DNA of 57,715 nucleotides from NCBI GenBank assembly GCA_016783745.1, contig JADHVZ010000008.1, positions 1 to 57,715 of the forward strand, written 5' to 3'. The translations under genes were made by a program, and so were the position numbers. Each line of letters begins with the position of its first letter. The stretch's first letter is position 1. This DNA is from Candidatus Omnitrophota bacterium (GTDB lineage Bacteria > Omnitrophota > Gorgyraeia > JAHIPI01). Below, piece by piece: positions 29,083 through 38,659 of the stretch. The notes under the pieces are model-generated. The model made no database searches, was not told where the DNA came from, and was given only the letters and a program-made list of their open reading frames with translations.

Positions 29083-29718
29083 GTGAAAATAACATGTTCC
29101 GATTGTAAAACAACCTTAGGTGAACAAACGCCATTTGATGATCCTTTTAAAATCTATGCCAGATGCGTTTCCTGTCTTGCCAAACAAAAAGAAAAAGCCT
29201 CAAGATTTACACCTGAACCTAAACCTGGCCAGAAAAAAGAAATCACATTAGAAAACGGCATGAAAGGTGTTCTCTGGGTTCCGGAGAGTAAAGAAGAGAA
29301 GCTTTCCCTAGGGGAATTAGCGGTTTCGGGGAAGAGGTGTTTTTGCTCAAAATACGAACGAGTGAAATGTCAGAATTATCTAGCGGGTTTAAAAGATGAA
29401 GACGTGGACGTTTCCTTTCTTCATTCTATGACCTGTAAGATAGAAACTTCTTCAAAAAGTCGCAAGAAAAAGCAGGATCCTCCTAAGATAGAAGAACCAA
29501 AAAAGGACGATAGCATTAACTATAATTGTACCATAAGAGCGCCTAAGCATTATGTTCAACTCATTTTTGATGATATGGCTGAGCGGATGGATAGAGTATT
29601 AGAGATACTGGCAGAAGCATCACTTAAAGCATGTAAAGAAGATCGCCAAAAAGCTAACACAAACGATGCCCTATCGCCTATGTCCGGGTCGAAAGAGCTG
29701 GGCAATCCTATCTCTTAG
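29083..29718 (+). CDS. Hypothetical protein with an N-terminal CxxC...CxxC zinc-ribbon-like motif and a Lys-rich centre
   Basis: Only ORF evidence, a GTG start after AAAGGA, and Cys pairs CSDC/CVSC. No recognisable family. Confidence 0.5.
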   Translation: MKITCSDCKTTLGEQTPFDDPFKIYARCVSCLAKQKEKASRFTPEPKPGQKKEITLENGMKGVLWVPESKEEKLSLGELAVSGKRCFCSKYERVKCQNYLAGLKDEDVDVSFLHSMTCKIETSSKSRKKKQDPPKIEEPKKDDSINYNCTIRAPKHYVQLIFDDMAERMDRVLEILAEASLKACKEDRQKANTNDALSPMSGSKELGNPIS

Positions 29719-29776
29719 CCACTTAAATAGCCTACCCAAGAAAGCGGCCAGTCGTTTCGCTTAGAACGAGAAATAC

Positions 29777-29805
29777 TTGACAGACATAGGGTAATGTAGT
29801 ATAAT
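29777..29805 (+). promoter_or_regulatory. Consensus promoter TTGACA-N17-TATAAT
   Basis: TTGACA at 29777-29782 and TATAAT at 29800-29805, upstream of the HTH-DUF4065 gene. Confidence 0.65.
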
Positions 29806-29864
29806 CTTACAGGACTTGTAATTTAATCGAACATATGGTATATTTATTAGGAGGGGGTGAGGAT

Positions 29865-30626
29865 ATGATCACGAAGCATAAGCTCGCAAAGAGAATAAAG
29901 AAGATGAGGGAAGACAGGGAGCTTTCGCAGGAAGACCTTGCCATAAGGTTAGGGGTACCGCGGCCATCCATATCCCACCTTGAATCAGGGCAGCGAGATA
30001 TAAGCAGCATCGAACTGGCGAAGCTGGCAAATATCTTCGAAATATCGGTCGATGATCTACTGAGTCCGGATTTAGAGGAAAAAGAATGCCGAGACATGAA
30101 CAAGGGTCAAAAAATGCCTAAATTTAACAAGAAAAAGTTTAAGGAAGTGCTTCTTTACATACTGGACAGTTGCGGCGCCAAGGCGAATGTCGGGGAGACC
30201 GTACTTTATAAGCTTTTGTATTTCTCGGACTTCAATTACTATGAGTTATTTGAGGATTATTTGACAGGCGCAGCTTACAGGAAAATAAGCTATGGCCCGG
30301 CTCCCTGTGATTTTCAGGAGATAGTCGGGGAGATGATAGAAGAAGGTGATTTAAAAAAAGTGGTAGCGGATTATTACGGTAAGCCCCAGAAGAAGTATCT
30401 ACCTCTTGTAGATGCCGATATCAACGTATGGAATTGGAGCGCTCGTGAAAAAGAAGTCATCGATAAAGTCATAGAAAGATTCTCTTCCATGGATGCTACT
30501 ACAATAAGCGAGTATTCCCATGATGATATCCCCTGGGAGGTAACCAAGGACAAAGAGATAATAGATTACGATACGGTCTTTTATAGAAAACCGCCTTTTT
30601 CGGTAAGAGCTTACCCCGAGGAATGA
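29865..30626 (+). CDS. XRE-family HTH fused to a DUF4065 (Panacea/SocA-like) domain; putative antitoxin
   Basis: HTH segment LSQEDLAIRLGV.RPSISHLESG, then the KLLYFSDF....L.G..Y....YGP motif typical of DUF4065. Start placed at the ATG at 29865 behind AGGAGGGGG; the track ORF starts at 29835. Confidence 0.8.
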   Translation: MITKHKLAKRIKKMREDRELSQEDLAIRLGVPRPSISHLESGQRDISSIELAKLANIFEISVDDLLSPDLEEKECRDMNKGQKMPKFNKKKFKEVLLYILDSCGAKANVGETVLYKLLYFSDFNYYELFEDYLTGAAYRKISYGPAPCDFQEIVGEMIEEGDLKKVVADYYGKPQKKYLPLVDADINVWNWSAREKEVIDKVIERFSSMDATTISEYSHDDIPWEVTKDKEIIDYDTVFYRKPPFSVRAYPEE

Positions 30627-30630
30627 CATC

Positions 30631-30975
30631 ATGGAATTTACAACTCTGCATGAATTCGACTCGGAATTCAAGAAGCTCTTCAAGAAATTCCGCAGTTTAA
30701 AAGAAGACCTCGATGTCCTGAAATCCGTGTTATTAAAATATCCACGCGGATATGAGCCCCTCATATATCGTATACCGGGTCTTGGCGTAGAAACCGAGAT
30801 ATATAAGGTTAAGAATTTCAGGTGCAAAGCATTACAGAGGGGATCACGCAGCGGAATTAGGGTTATATACGCTTACCTTGAGGCAGAGGGAAAGATAGAA
30901 TTTGTGGAAATATACTATAAGGAGAAGGACACCGTAGATTGCAATAAAGATAGGATCCGGAAATATTATAAATAG
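30631..30975 (+). CDS. RelE/ParE-superfamily-like toxin (putative)
   Basis: 114 aa, 4 nt after the antitoxin gene. F..FKKL.K....L and GIRVIYAY....I.FVEIYYK resemble RelE/HigB-type toxins. Assignment is by eye only. Confidence 0.6.
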   Translation: MEFTTLHEFDSEFKKLFKKFRSLKEDLDVLKSVLLKYPRGYEPLIYRIPGLGVETEIYKVKNFRCKALQRGSRSGIRVIYAYLEAEGKIEFVEIYYKEKDTVDCNKDRIRKYYK

Positions 30976-31020
30976 GTCGCCTTATAACCGTAGGGCGAGC
31001 TAGTATCAAGGCTGGTAATA

Positions 31021-31053
31021 TAGAATGTCCACCCCAAAAGGGTGGACATTCTA
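31021..31053. repeat. Perfect 13-bp-stem hairpin TAGAATGTCCACC-N7-GGTGGACATTCTA; copy 1 of a repeated element
   Basis: Read directly. A related copy lies at 42837-42863. Confidence 0.75.
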
Positions 31054-31181
31054 TGACTATATGACAACGGAGAATAAGGGGTCTAACGTCCAACTTCAAT
31101 AAGGAAGAAGCTCTTACAAAATACACATATAACCCAACCTAAGATCTCAAGCTATCCATCCCAAATATTTTTTAAAAAAAC

Positions 31182-31210
31182 TTGACAACATTCGTCCATA
31201 TTAGTATAAT
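31182..31210 (+). promoter_or_regulatory. Consensus promoter TTGACA-N17-TATAAT
   Basis: TTGACA at 31182-31187 and TATAAT at 31205-31210, upstream of the ArsR-family gene. Confidence 0.65.
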
Positions 31211-31263
31211 AGTTGCGAAACATATAAACTATGAAACCAGTTGCAAAAAGAGGGGTGTAGAAA

Positions 31264-31605
31264 ATGGACAAAAATACAGAGGAGAAAATGTTTCAGATGC
31301 ATGCCGAAGTCTGTAAAAGCATGGCTAGCCCCACCCGCTTAAAAGTTATGAATCTATTGCGTGAAGGAGAAAAATCCGTTGAGGAGTTAAGAGAGCGACT
31401 ACGATTACCTAAAGCAAATCTTTCCCAACACCTGAGCATATTGCGCCAACGCAGGATTGTTTCTACCCGCAGATCCGGTTTAAATATTTACTACAAAGTT
31501 ACTAATCCAAAGATGATTAAGGCATGCGATATTTTACGAGAGGTGCTTTTAGAACAGCTTCAAGAAGGCCAGAAATTAGTGAGAGGAATAACTAAGAAAA
31601 AGTAA
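31264..31605 (+). CDS. ArsR/SmtB-family transcriptional regulator
   Basis: Winged-HTH segment R.KV..LL.EGE.SV.EL......ANLSQHL..L. Confidence 0.88.
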   Translation: MDKNTEEKMFQMHAEVCKSMASPTRLKVMNLLREGEKSVEELRERLRLPKANLSQHLSILRQRRIVSTRRSGLNIYYKVTNPKMIKACDILREVLLEQLQEGQKLVRGITKKK

Positions 31606-31627
31606 TTTAAAAAAGAAGAGGTCTAAA

Positions 31628-33928
31628 ATGCTTAGCAAATTAACTGAAATAGTTACTAGATTTCCAAAAACAACTATAGTTGTCGTACTTATCGCTACTA
31701 TATTTTTTGCTATCCAATTTCCCAAGATCAAAATAGATACTGACCCAGAGAATATGCTTGAACAAAGACAGCCTGATAGAGTTTTCTATAATAATGTTAA
31801 AAAAGAATTTGGAATACGCGACCTTTTGGTTGTAGGTATTGTTGATGAAGATGGGATTTTTAATTCAGATACATTAAAAAGAATCGCTAAAGTAACGGAT
31901 GATATTCTTAAAATTAAGGGAGTAATTATTGAGGATGTAGTGAGTCTCGGCACATCGGATAATGTCACCTCAGAAGAGGGCGCTCTTACTGTAAAACGTT
32001 TCATGGAAAAAATTCCCCAGGCTCCTCAAGAGATAGAACAGCTGAAGAAAGAGCTTTTTGGCAATCCTTTCTTTGTAGATAAAATTGTCTCTCGCGATGG
32101 CAAAGCCACATCTATTTATATCCCTATTGAGAAAAAAGACCAGAGTTATCGCATATCTAAAGAGATTGAAAGGATTCTCAAAAAAGAACTAACACCGGAA
32201 CAGAAGTATTACTTAGCCGGTTTACCTGTTGCTGAAGATACATTTGGCCATGAAATGTTTGTCCAGATGGGTATAACTGCGCCTTTAGCCGGATTCTTTA
32301 TTATGATTCTTCTCTTTCTTATTTTTAGAAGAGGCATGTTTATTGTCCCACCAATGATGGATGCAATGTTAGCGGTATGCTGGGCAATGGGACTTCTAAT
32401 TGGCTTAGGTTTTACCGTTCACATTATGAGCTCGATGATCCCTATATTCCTTATGCCAATTGCCCTATTGGATGACATTCATATATTAAGTGATTTCTTC
32501 GATCGTTATCCCTCTATTAAGGATAGAAGAAAGACAATAATAGCCACAATGAAAGACCTTTATCGACCAATGTTCTTTACTTCTATTACCTCAGCAGTGG
32601 GCTTTGGCTCATTGGCTTTAGCCGACATTCCTCCTGTAAGAATATTTGGCCTTTTTGTTGCCTTCGGCATAATGGCTGCTTGGTTATTTTCTCATACAAT
32701 AGTCCCTGCTATAATAATGCTTATGAGTGAAGAAAAGTTAACAGCTTTTTTAGAGAGAAGACATAATAAGAGATCGTTTTTAGACGGAGCACTTAAAGGA
32801 CTTGGTAATTTTGCGTTTGCGAAAAGTAAGATTATTCTTCTAGGAGCAGTAATAGTTTTGGCTATAGGGATAATTGGAGTTAAGCAAATCCATATTAACG
32901 ATAATCCAGTAAAATGGTTTAAGCCGAAACACAAGATTAGAATCGCGGATAGCGCTATGAATAAATTCTTCGGCGGGACATACATGGCTTATTTAGTGGC
33001 GGAAGGAGATGAGGAAGATGCAATCAAAAGGCCCGAGGTAATGTCTTATATAGATAAACTACAAAACCATCTTGAAACCTTAAAGATTGTTGGTAAAACT
33101 TCTTCAATAGCAGATATTGTAAAAAGGATAAATTATGTTCTTCACGATGAGAACAAATCATTTGATTCTGTTCCTGGAAAGCAAGATGAGATTGGCCAAT
33201 ATCTTTTCTTGTTCTCAATGACTGGAGATCCAAATGACCTGGATAACTTTATCGATTACGGGTCACAAAAAGCAAATATATGGGTTCAAATGAAAGGCGG
33301 AGAAAATATCCAGATGCGCAAGGTTGAAGAGTCTACCTATGCATTTACAGAGACAAACCCACCCCCTAGAGGCATAACCATTAAATGGTCCGGTCTTACC
33401 TATATCAACAAAGTCTGGCAGAACCTTATGGTGTTCGGAATGCTTAAGGCAATATTGGGAAGCTTTTTTGTAGTATTTTTGCTTATGATCCTTGCATTTC
33501 GCTCTATAAAACTGGGTGTAATTTCAATGCTCCCCTTGAGTTTTGCTATCATTTCTTCCTATGGCCTTGTAGGATTCCTAGGAAAAGATTATGATATGCC
33601 TATTGCAGTGTGCTCATCTTTAAGTTTAGGCATGGCCATTGATTTTGCTATACATTTCTTACAGCGTTTTAAAGCAGGATATAAAAAATATAATGATATT
33701 GAAGCAACCAATATCTATATGTTCCAAGAACCTGCAAAGGCTATAACTCGAAACGCCATCGTGATAACATTTGGTTTTTTACCCTTATTAGCATCTACGC
33801 TTACACCTTATATAACCGTAGGGACATTTTTTGCTACTTTAATGATGTTCAGTTTCTTGACCACTCTAGTATTATTTCCAGCCATTATGAGGTTATGGGG
33901 CAAAGCATTATTTGCAAAGGAGGCTTGA
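31628..33928 (+). CDS. MMPL/RND-superfamily exporter (HpnN-like architecture)
   Basis: 766 aa with two blocks of about 6 TM helices, each preceded by a large periplasmic loop. Typical MMPL layout. Confidence 0.8.
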   Translation: MLSKLTEIVTRFPKTTIVVVLIATIFFAIQFPKIKIDTDPENMLEQRQPDRVFYNNVKKEFGIRDLLVVGIVDEDGIFNSDTLKRIAKVTDDILKIKGVIIEDVVSLGTSDNVTSEEGALTVKRFMEKIPQAPQEIEQLKKELFGNPFFVDKIVSRDGKATSIYIPIEKKDQSYRISKEIERILKKELTPEQKYYLAGLPVAEDTFGHEMFVQMGITAPLAGFFIMILLFLIFRRGMFIVPPMMDAMLAVCWAMGLLIGLGFTVHIMSSMIPIFLMPIALLDDIHILSDFFDRYPSIKDRRKTIIATMKDLYRPMFFTSITSAVGFGSLALADIPPVRIFGLFVAFGIMAAWLFSHTIVPAIIMLMSEEKLTAFLERRHNKRSFLDGALKGLGNFAFAKSKIILLGAVIVLAIGIIGVKQIHINDNPVKWFKPKHKIRIADSAMNKFFGGTYMAYLVAEGDEEDAIKRPEVMSYIDKLQNHLETLKIVGKTSSIADIVKRINYVLHDENKSFDSVPGKQDEIGQYLFLFSMTGDPNDLDNFIDYGSQKANIWVQMKGGENIQMRKVEESTYAFTETNPPPRGITIKWSGLTYINKVWQNLMVFGMLKAILGSFFVVFLLMILAFRSIKLGVISMLPLSFAIISSYGLVGFLGKDYDMPIAVCSSLSLGMAIDFAIHFLQRFKAGYKKYNDIEATNIYMFQEPAKAITRNAIVITFGFLPLLASTLTPYITVGTFFATLMMFSFLTTLVLFPAIMRLWGKALFAKEA

Positions 33929-33932
33929 TAGA

Positions 33933-34742
33933 ATGAAGACACTCAAAATATCGTTAGTTATTAGTTTATTATCAGCTCTATATCTCACCCCAGCAGTTCT
34001 CTTTGCAGAGGATAACGTAACTGCTGAAGAAATTGTTATTAAATCAAGGCTTACCTTTTATTATGCCGGTGATGATATGCGGGCGAAGGTACTGATGGAA
34101 CTTATAAATAAAGATGGGAAAAAAAGGGTAAGAGAGCTTACTATGTTAAGAAAGGATTATGAAGAAGGAGGGGATCAAAAGTATTTTATGTATTTTCATA
34201 AGCCAGCTGATGTAAGAGATACTACTTTTATGGTCTATAAGTACCACGATAGAGACGATGACCGTTGGCTATTCATTCCTGCAATTAATTTGGTAAAGAG
34301 GATTGCCGCCAATGATAAATATTCAAGCTTTGTAGGAAGCGATTTTACTTATGAAGACATCTCTGGCAGAAAGCCTGAAGAAGACACTCATACTTTATCA
34401 AGGAAAGATAAGTTGAACGGTAAAAATTGCTTTGTTATTGAAAGTATTCCTAAAGAAACATCAGAATACACAAAAAGGATTTCCTGGATTGATGAAGCAA
34501 ATTTCTTACCCTTAAAAGAAGAATTTTACGATAAACAGGATGAACTCTACCGTCAGTTTGAGGCACAAGAAGTAAAAGATATGGATGGTATTCTGACAAT
34601 AACCAAAAGAATAATGAAGAATGTCAAAACTGGCCATAGGACAGAAGCAGCCTTTCAGGAGGTTGAATATAATTTAGGGGTAGAAGATAACGTTTTTTCT
34701 GAGCGATACTTAAGGAGGCCACCTTTACAATGGATAAGGTGA
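33933..34742 (+). CDS. Outer-membrane lipoprotein-sorting (LolA-like) protein
   Basis: Signal peptide and the D.W.FIPA...V.RI.......SF.GSDFTYEDI motif of the LolA-like family. Start moved to the ATG at 33933 behind AAGGAGG. Confidence 0.78.
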   Translation: MKTLKISLVISLLSALYLTPAVLFAEDNVTAEEIVIKSRLTFYYAGDDMRAKVLMELINKDGKKRVRELTMLRKDYEEGGDQKYFMYFHKPADVRDTTFMVYKYHDRDDDRWLFIPAINLVKRIAANDKYSSFVGSDFTYEDISGRKPEEDTHTLSRKDKLNGKNCFVIESIPKETSEYTKRISWIDEANFLPLKEEFYDKQDELYRQFEAQEVKDMDGILTITKRIMKNVKTGHRTEAAFQEVEYNLGVEDNVFSERYLRRPPLQWIR

Positions 34743-35989
34743 GGATTGTATTGTGCATGCTCATTTTATTAGGATTCGTTCCTTTGTCCTTCGCGGAGGA
34801 GTTATCACTACATGGATTAGTACAGACAAATTATTCAATAAGGATTGCTGACGATAACCCACAAGGTGCAAAGCAAGATAATTTAATTTTAGGAGAAGAA
34901 AGAATACAGTTAAAAACCTCGTTCTTTCCATCAAAATCAAAGATTGGTTTTTTTGTTAAAAGTGATTTTTTTCATGATTGGGTAGCCGAAAGATGGGCCT
35001 TTGACTTTCGAGAAGGTTATATCGATTATAATCTGGATGATTTCGGCCTTAGGATTGGAAGGCAGATTATAACATGGGGCGTGGGTGATTTGCTTTTCGT
35101 TAACGATATCTTCCCCAAAGATTGGGAGGCCTTCTATTCCGGCAGGCCTTTAGAATACCTAAAGATAGGCGTAGATAGCGTGAAATTAGACATTTACTCT
35201 GATATTGTATCTATTGAGGCTATTGCCATACCGTTTTTTGAAACAGATGATTTACCCTCAACGGGTAGATTTCATTCCTTTGACCCTTACCCTACAATCG
35301 GGAATAGAGAATTTGATAAACCCGGCACAAATTTTAAAAATACTGAATATGCGCTAAGGCTCTATCGATATATCGGTGATTTTGACGTCTCGGCTTATGC
35401 TTACAAAGGTTTTTTTAGATCGCCTGGTATGAAAGCCGATAATTTCAACTCCCCTTCCACTGTTTCACATTTCTTTACAAAGTTAGCTGCATATGGAGCA
35501 AGCGTTCAAAAAAGTGCTTTAGGTGGAGTTGTAAGCGCTGAATACGGCTATTACGACTCTTTAGATGATCGGGGCGGTAAAAATCCGGGCATTGACAATT
35601 CTCAGTCAAAGTTCTTAATAGGATATCAAAAGGCATTCCCCGATGACCTTACCGCTGGAGTCCAATATTATGGCGAGCTGATGCATAGATACAGCGAGTA
35701 TGAAGATAATCTGCCTTTTGCATTTTCGAAGAAAAAAGAACTCCATCAATATATTGCTTTGAGGCTTACGAAGTTACTTAAATACCAGACATTGAAACTT
35801 TCATTATTCACTTTCTACAGCCCGGATGATGAGGATATTTTAATAATACCCGAGGTTAGCTATAATTTTACCGACAATCTACAGGCAATACTGGGTGCAA
35901 ACATTTTTGAGGGAAGTAATAAAGATACCACCCTGGGGCAACATGATGAAAATGACAATATCTATGTAACGATAAGATATAGTTTTTAG
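34730..35989 (+). CDS. Putative outer-membrane beta-barrel protein
   Basis: Signal peptide, alternating-hydrophobicity strands rich in Y/G/F, and a C-terminal RYSF. Overlaps the upstream gene by 13 nt. Confidence 0.6.
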   Translation: MDKVRIVLCMLILLGFVPLSFAEELSLHGLVQTNYSIRIADDNPQGAKQDNLILGEERIQLKTSFFPSKSKIGFFVKSDFFHDWVAERWAFDFREGYIDYNLDDFGLRIGRQIITWGVGDLLFVNDIFPKDWEAFYSGRPLEYLKIGVDSVKLDIYSDIVSIEAIAIPFFETDDLPSTGRFHSFDPYPTIGNREFDKPGTNFKNTEYALRLYRYIGDFDVSAYAYKGFFRSPGMKADNFNSPSTVSHFFTKLAAYGASVQKSALGGVVSAEYGYYDSLDDRGGKNPGIDNSQSKFLIGYQKAFPDDLTAGVQYYGELMHRYSEYEDNLPFAFSKKKELHQYIALRLTKLLKYQTLKLSLFTFYSPDDEDILIIPEVSYNFTDNLQAILGANIFEGSNKDTTLGQHDENDNIYVTIRYSF

Positions 35990-36020
35990 TCATAAGCGAT
36001 AAAGGATAGGATTATTTAGT

Positions 36021-37184
36021 ATGAAGAAACGTAAATTAGATAGAAATATTTTTACGCTTGGTTTAGTAAGTCTTTTTACTGATATCTCAAGCCAGATGAT
36101 ATATCCTTTGCTTCCAATATTCTTATCCAGTGTCTTGGGTATGGGGATAGTATTTATCGGCTTACTTGAAGGGATAGCTGAAGCTACTGCCAGCATATTG
36201 AAAGTATTTTCCGGGTGGTATTCCGATAGGTTGAAGAAGCGTAAGCCTATTATCTTCCTAGGATATAGCTTATCAACTCTGGGCAAGCCTTTTCTTTATC
36301 TGGCTACTTTAGGCTGGCATGTATTGATAGTTCGATTCATTGATAGAGTTGGTAAAGGAATACGCACATCCCCCAGAGATGCCTTGGTAGCAGATTCAAG
36401 CCTGCCTGAACAAAGAGGAAAGGCGTTTGGGATTCAACGCGCTATGGATAGAATAGGTGCCTTCTTGGGTCCCTTGATTGCTTTTGCTATTTTACCACTA
36501 CTAAACAATAATCTGCGATTAGTCTTTCTACTTGCCTTTTTCCCTGCACTTATTGCTGTACTTATCATAATATTTTTTCTCAAAGATAAACCACATGTTC
36601 GTGATCCATCAAAAGAGCTAAAGTCCTTTTCTTTAAAAGACCTGAACAGGGATTTTAAAGTATTTATCTTTATTCTCGCTATATTTACTTTAGGAAATTC
36701 TAGTGATGCATTTTTAATCTTAAGAGCAAAAGATTTAGGTGTGAAGGTAGTATTCATACCGATTCTTTGGCTTATGTATAATTTTATAAGTTCTGCCACA
36801 TCTATACCGTTAGGCAGTTTTTCGGATAAGCTCGGGAGAAGAAAAACAACTTTACTAGGTTTTTTTGTTTATGGGATTGTTTACCTTGGTTTTGCTTTTT
36901 CAAATTCTCAAAGCTCAGTCTGGTTTTTTATGGGTCTTTACGGTGTCCATTATGGTTTAAGTGAAGGTGTGCTTCGGGCATATGTAGCGGATTTGGTAGA
37001 AGATAAATCTATCTTAGCTACCTCATATGGAATCTATCATACGGTTGTAGGCCTATGCATGTTTCCAGCGAGTCTGATCATGGGAATTCTTTGGCAATCT
37101 TTCGGGCCTCATGTAGCGTTTTCATTTGGCGCCGCACTTTCACTTGTAGCAGCCGTACTTTTGGCTATCTTCATTAGGAGGTGA
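36021..37184 (+). CDS. MFS transporter
   Basis: About 12 TM segments with a D-R-x-G-K/R-R-like loop (DRLKKRKP, SDKLGRRK). Confidence 0.85.
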   Translation: MKKRKLDRNIFTLGLVSLFTDISSQMIYPLLPIFLSSVLGMGIVFIGLLEGIAEATASILKVFSGWYSDRLKKRKPIIFLGYSLSTLGKPFLYLATLGWHVLIVRFIDRVGKGIRTSPRDALVADSSLPEQRGKAFGIQRAMDRIGAFLGPLIAFAILPLLNNNLRLVFLLAFFPALIAVLIIIFFLKDKPHVRDPSKELKSFSLKDLNRDFKVFIFILAIFTLGNSSDAFLILRAKDLGVKVVFIPILWLMYNFISSATSIPLGSFSDKLGRRKTTLLGFFVYGIVYLGFAFSNSQSSVWFFMGLYGVHYGLSEGVLRAYVADLVEDKSILATSYGIYHTVVGLCMFPASLIMGILWQSFGPHVAFSFGAALSLVAAVLLAIFIRR

Positions 37185-37387
37185 TAAAAATGACACTAGA
37201 GAGAGTCTTAAGAGGCATTGCAGGTTTTTTTATTCTGACTAGCCTTATTCTGGCCTATTATGTAAGCCCAAAGTGGCTGTGGTTTACTGCTTTTGTCGGA
37301 TTTAATCTCTTTCAATCCGCATTTACAAATTGGTGCCCTATGATGTGGATTTTAAGAAAATTAGGAATAAAATTGACCCAAACATAG
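37181..37387 (+). CDS. DUF2892 (YgaP-like) small membrane protein
   Basis: R...G...L.......W..F.G.NL.QS.FT.WCP motif. Overlaps the MFS stop. Confidence 0.75.
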   Translation: MIKMTLERVLRGIAGFFILTSLILAYYVSPKWLWFTAFVGFNLFQSAFTNWCPMMWILRKLGIKLTQT

Positions 37388-37606
37388 CCAAGGATATTCA
37401 GGAAAATGTTGGATGGCATGAGAACGCTTTTGCACGTCGTTACTCGCATTGCCAAGACACTCCTAGCAAAAAGTGGCAATCTGGATGTCATCACGAATGT
37501 ATGTGGCAATAAAGCTTTTTAACAGAAAAGCCTATAAAAGCCCTCCGTAATCAATTCATTGCAGAGGGTTCTGTTTGGCTATATAATGCTGTAAAGGGGT
37601 TTTAAG

Positions 37607-38659
37607 TTGAATATTGTTACTACCATAATTGAATTAGCAAAGGAAATATGGCACACCGTAGATGAGGCGGCCATTTATATACTTTTTGGCATCTTTGTTG
37701 CTGGCTTAATCCAAATGTTTGTAGACAAAGCCAAAATCGCAAAACACCTAGGCGGGCGAGGAGCTAAATCTGTCTTGTTAGCGGCTATGTGCGGTATTCC
37801 ATTGCCTCTTTGCTCTTGCGGAGTATTACCTACTGCTATTTCTTTAAGGAAAAATGGCGCTTCTAAAGGGGCAACACTATCTTTCTTAATTTCCACACCA
37901 GAGTCTGGCGTAGATTCTATAGCTATATCTTATGCGTTGCTGGATCCAATAATGACTGTGTTTCGGCCAATCGCTGCATTTATCACTGCTATTGTTGCTG
38001 GAACCTTTGAAAATATCTTTGGCAAGAAAGAACAAGAAGTAGCATCATCAAAAGCAAGCACTTGCGTTAGTTGCGGAGAGGCAGACAAGCAGCACTCTCA
38101 TAGTTTTATGCAGAAGTTCAAATATGGTATGCGTTATGCGTTTGTGGATTTATTAGGTGATATATCAAAGTGGCTTATGCTTGGCATCATTATTGCAGGT
38201 ATTATTTCTTATTTTGTCCCGCAAACACTAATTCAATACTATCTTGGTCGTGGTTGGCAAGCAATGTTTTTGATGTTAATTGTGGGCATACCTCTTTATA
38301 TATGCGCAACTGCCTCAACCCCTATAGCGGCTGCTTTAATTCTCAAAGGAATGAGTCCAGGCGTTGCCTTAGTATTCCTTTTGGTAGGCCCGGCTACTAA
38401 TATTGCCGGGATTCTATCGGTAGGCAGATTTTTAGGCCGGAGATCCGTAATTATCTATCTACTTTCTATTTCAATCTGTGCCATTGGGTTAGGATTATTA
38501 CTTAATCAGATATATTCTTTGTCAGGAATTAACATAAGAGCCACGATTGGCAAGGCTGGTGAAGTAATACCGCATTACATCAAAACGCTCTCTTCGATAA
38601 TTCTAGTTGTTTTAATGGTTAATGGCATTCGACTAAGGCAGAAGGAGTATGAAAAATGA
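37607..38659 (+). CDS. Predicted permease of the ArsP/DUF318 type
   Basis: CGIPLPLCSCGVLP...SFLISTPE motif with an internal duplication of TM blocks. TTG start. Confidence 0.78.
   Translation: MNIVTTIIELAKEIWHTVDEAAIYILFGIFVAGLIQMFVDKAKIAKHLGGRGAKSVLLAAMCGIPLPLCSCGVLPTAISLRKNGASKGATLSFLISTPESGVDSIAISYALLDPIMTVFRPIAAFITAIVAGTFENIFGKKEQEVASSKASTCVSCGEADKQHSHSFMQKFKYGMRYAFVDLLGDISKWLMLGIIIAGIISYFVPQTLIQYYLGRGWQAMFLMLIVGIPLYICATASTPIAAALILKGMSPGVALVFLLVGPATNIAGILSVGRFLGRRSVIIYLLSISICAIGLGLLLNQIYSLSGINIRATIGKAGEVIPHYIKTLSSIILVVLMVNGIRLRQKEYEK

Noticed and set aside
27148-31263. Direct repeat of the tRNA-Lys 3' end (att site) delimiting the island
   Set aside because: I looked for GGTTCGAGTCCTTCGCGGCTCACCA-like segments downstream and saw none by eye. 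A computational alignment is needed before claiming island borders.
37330-37512. 60-aa ORF between the DUF2892 gene and the permease gene
   Set aside because: It overlaps the DUF2892 gene out of frame, has no RBS, and has an unremarkable composition.
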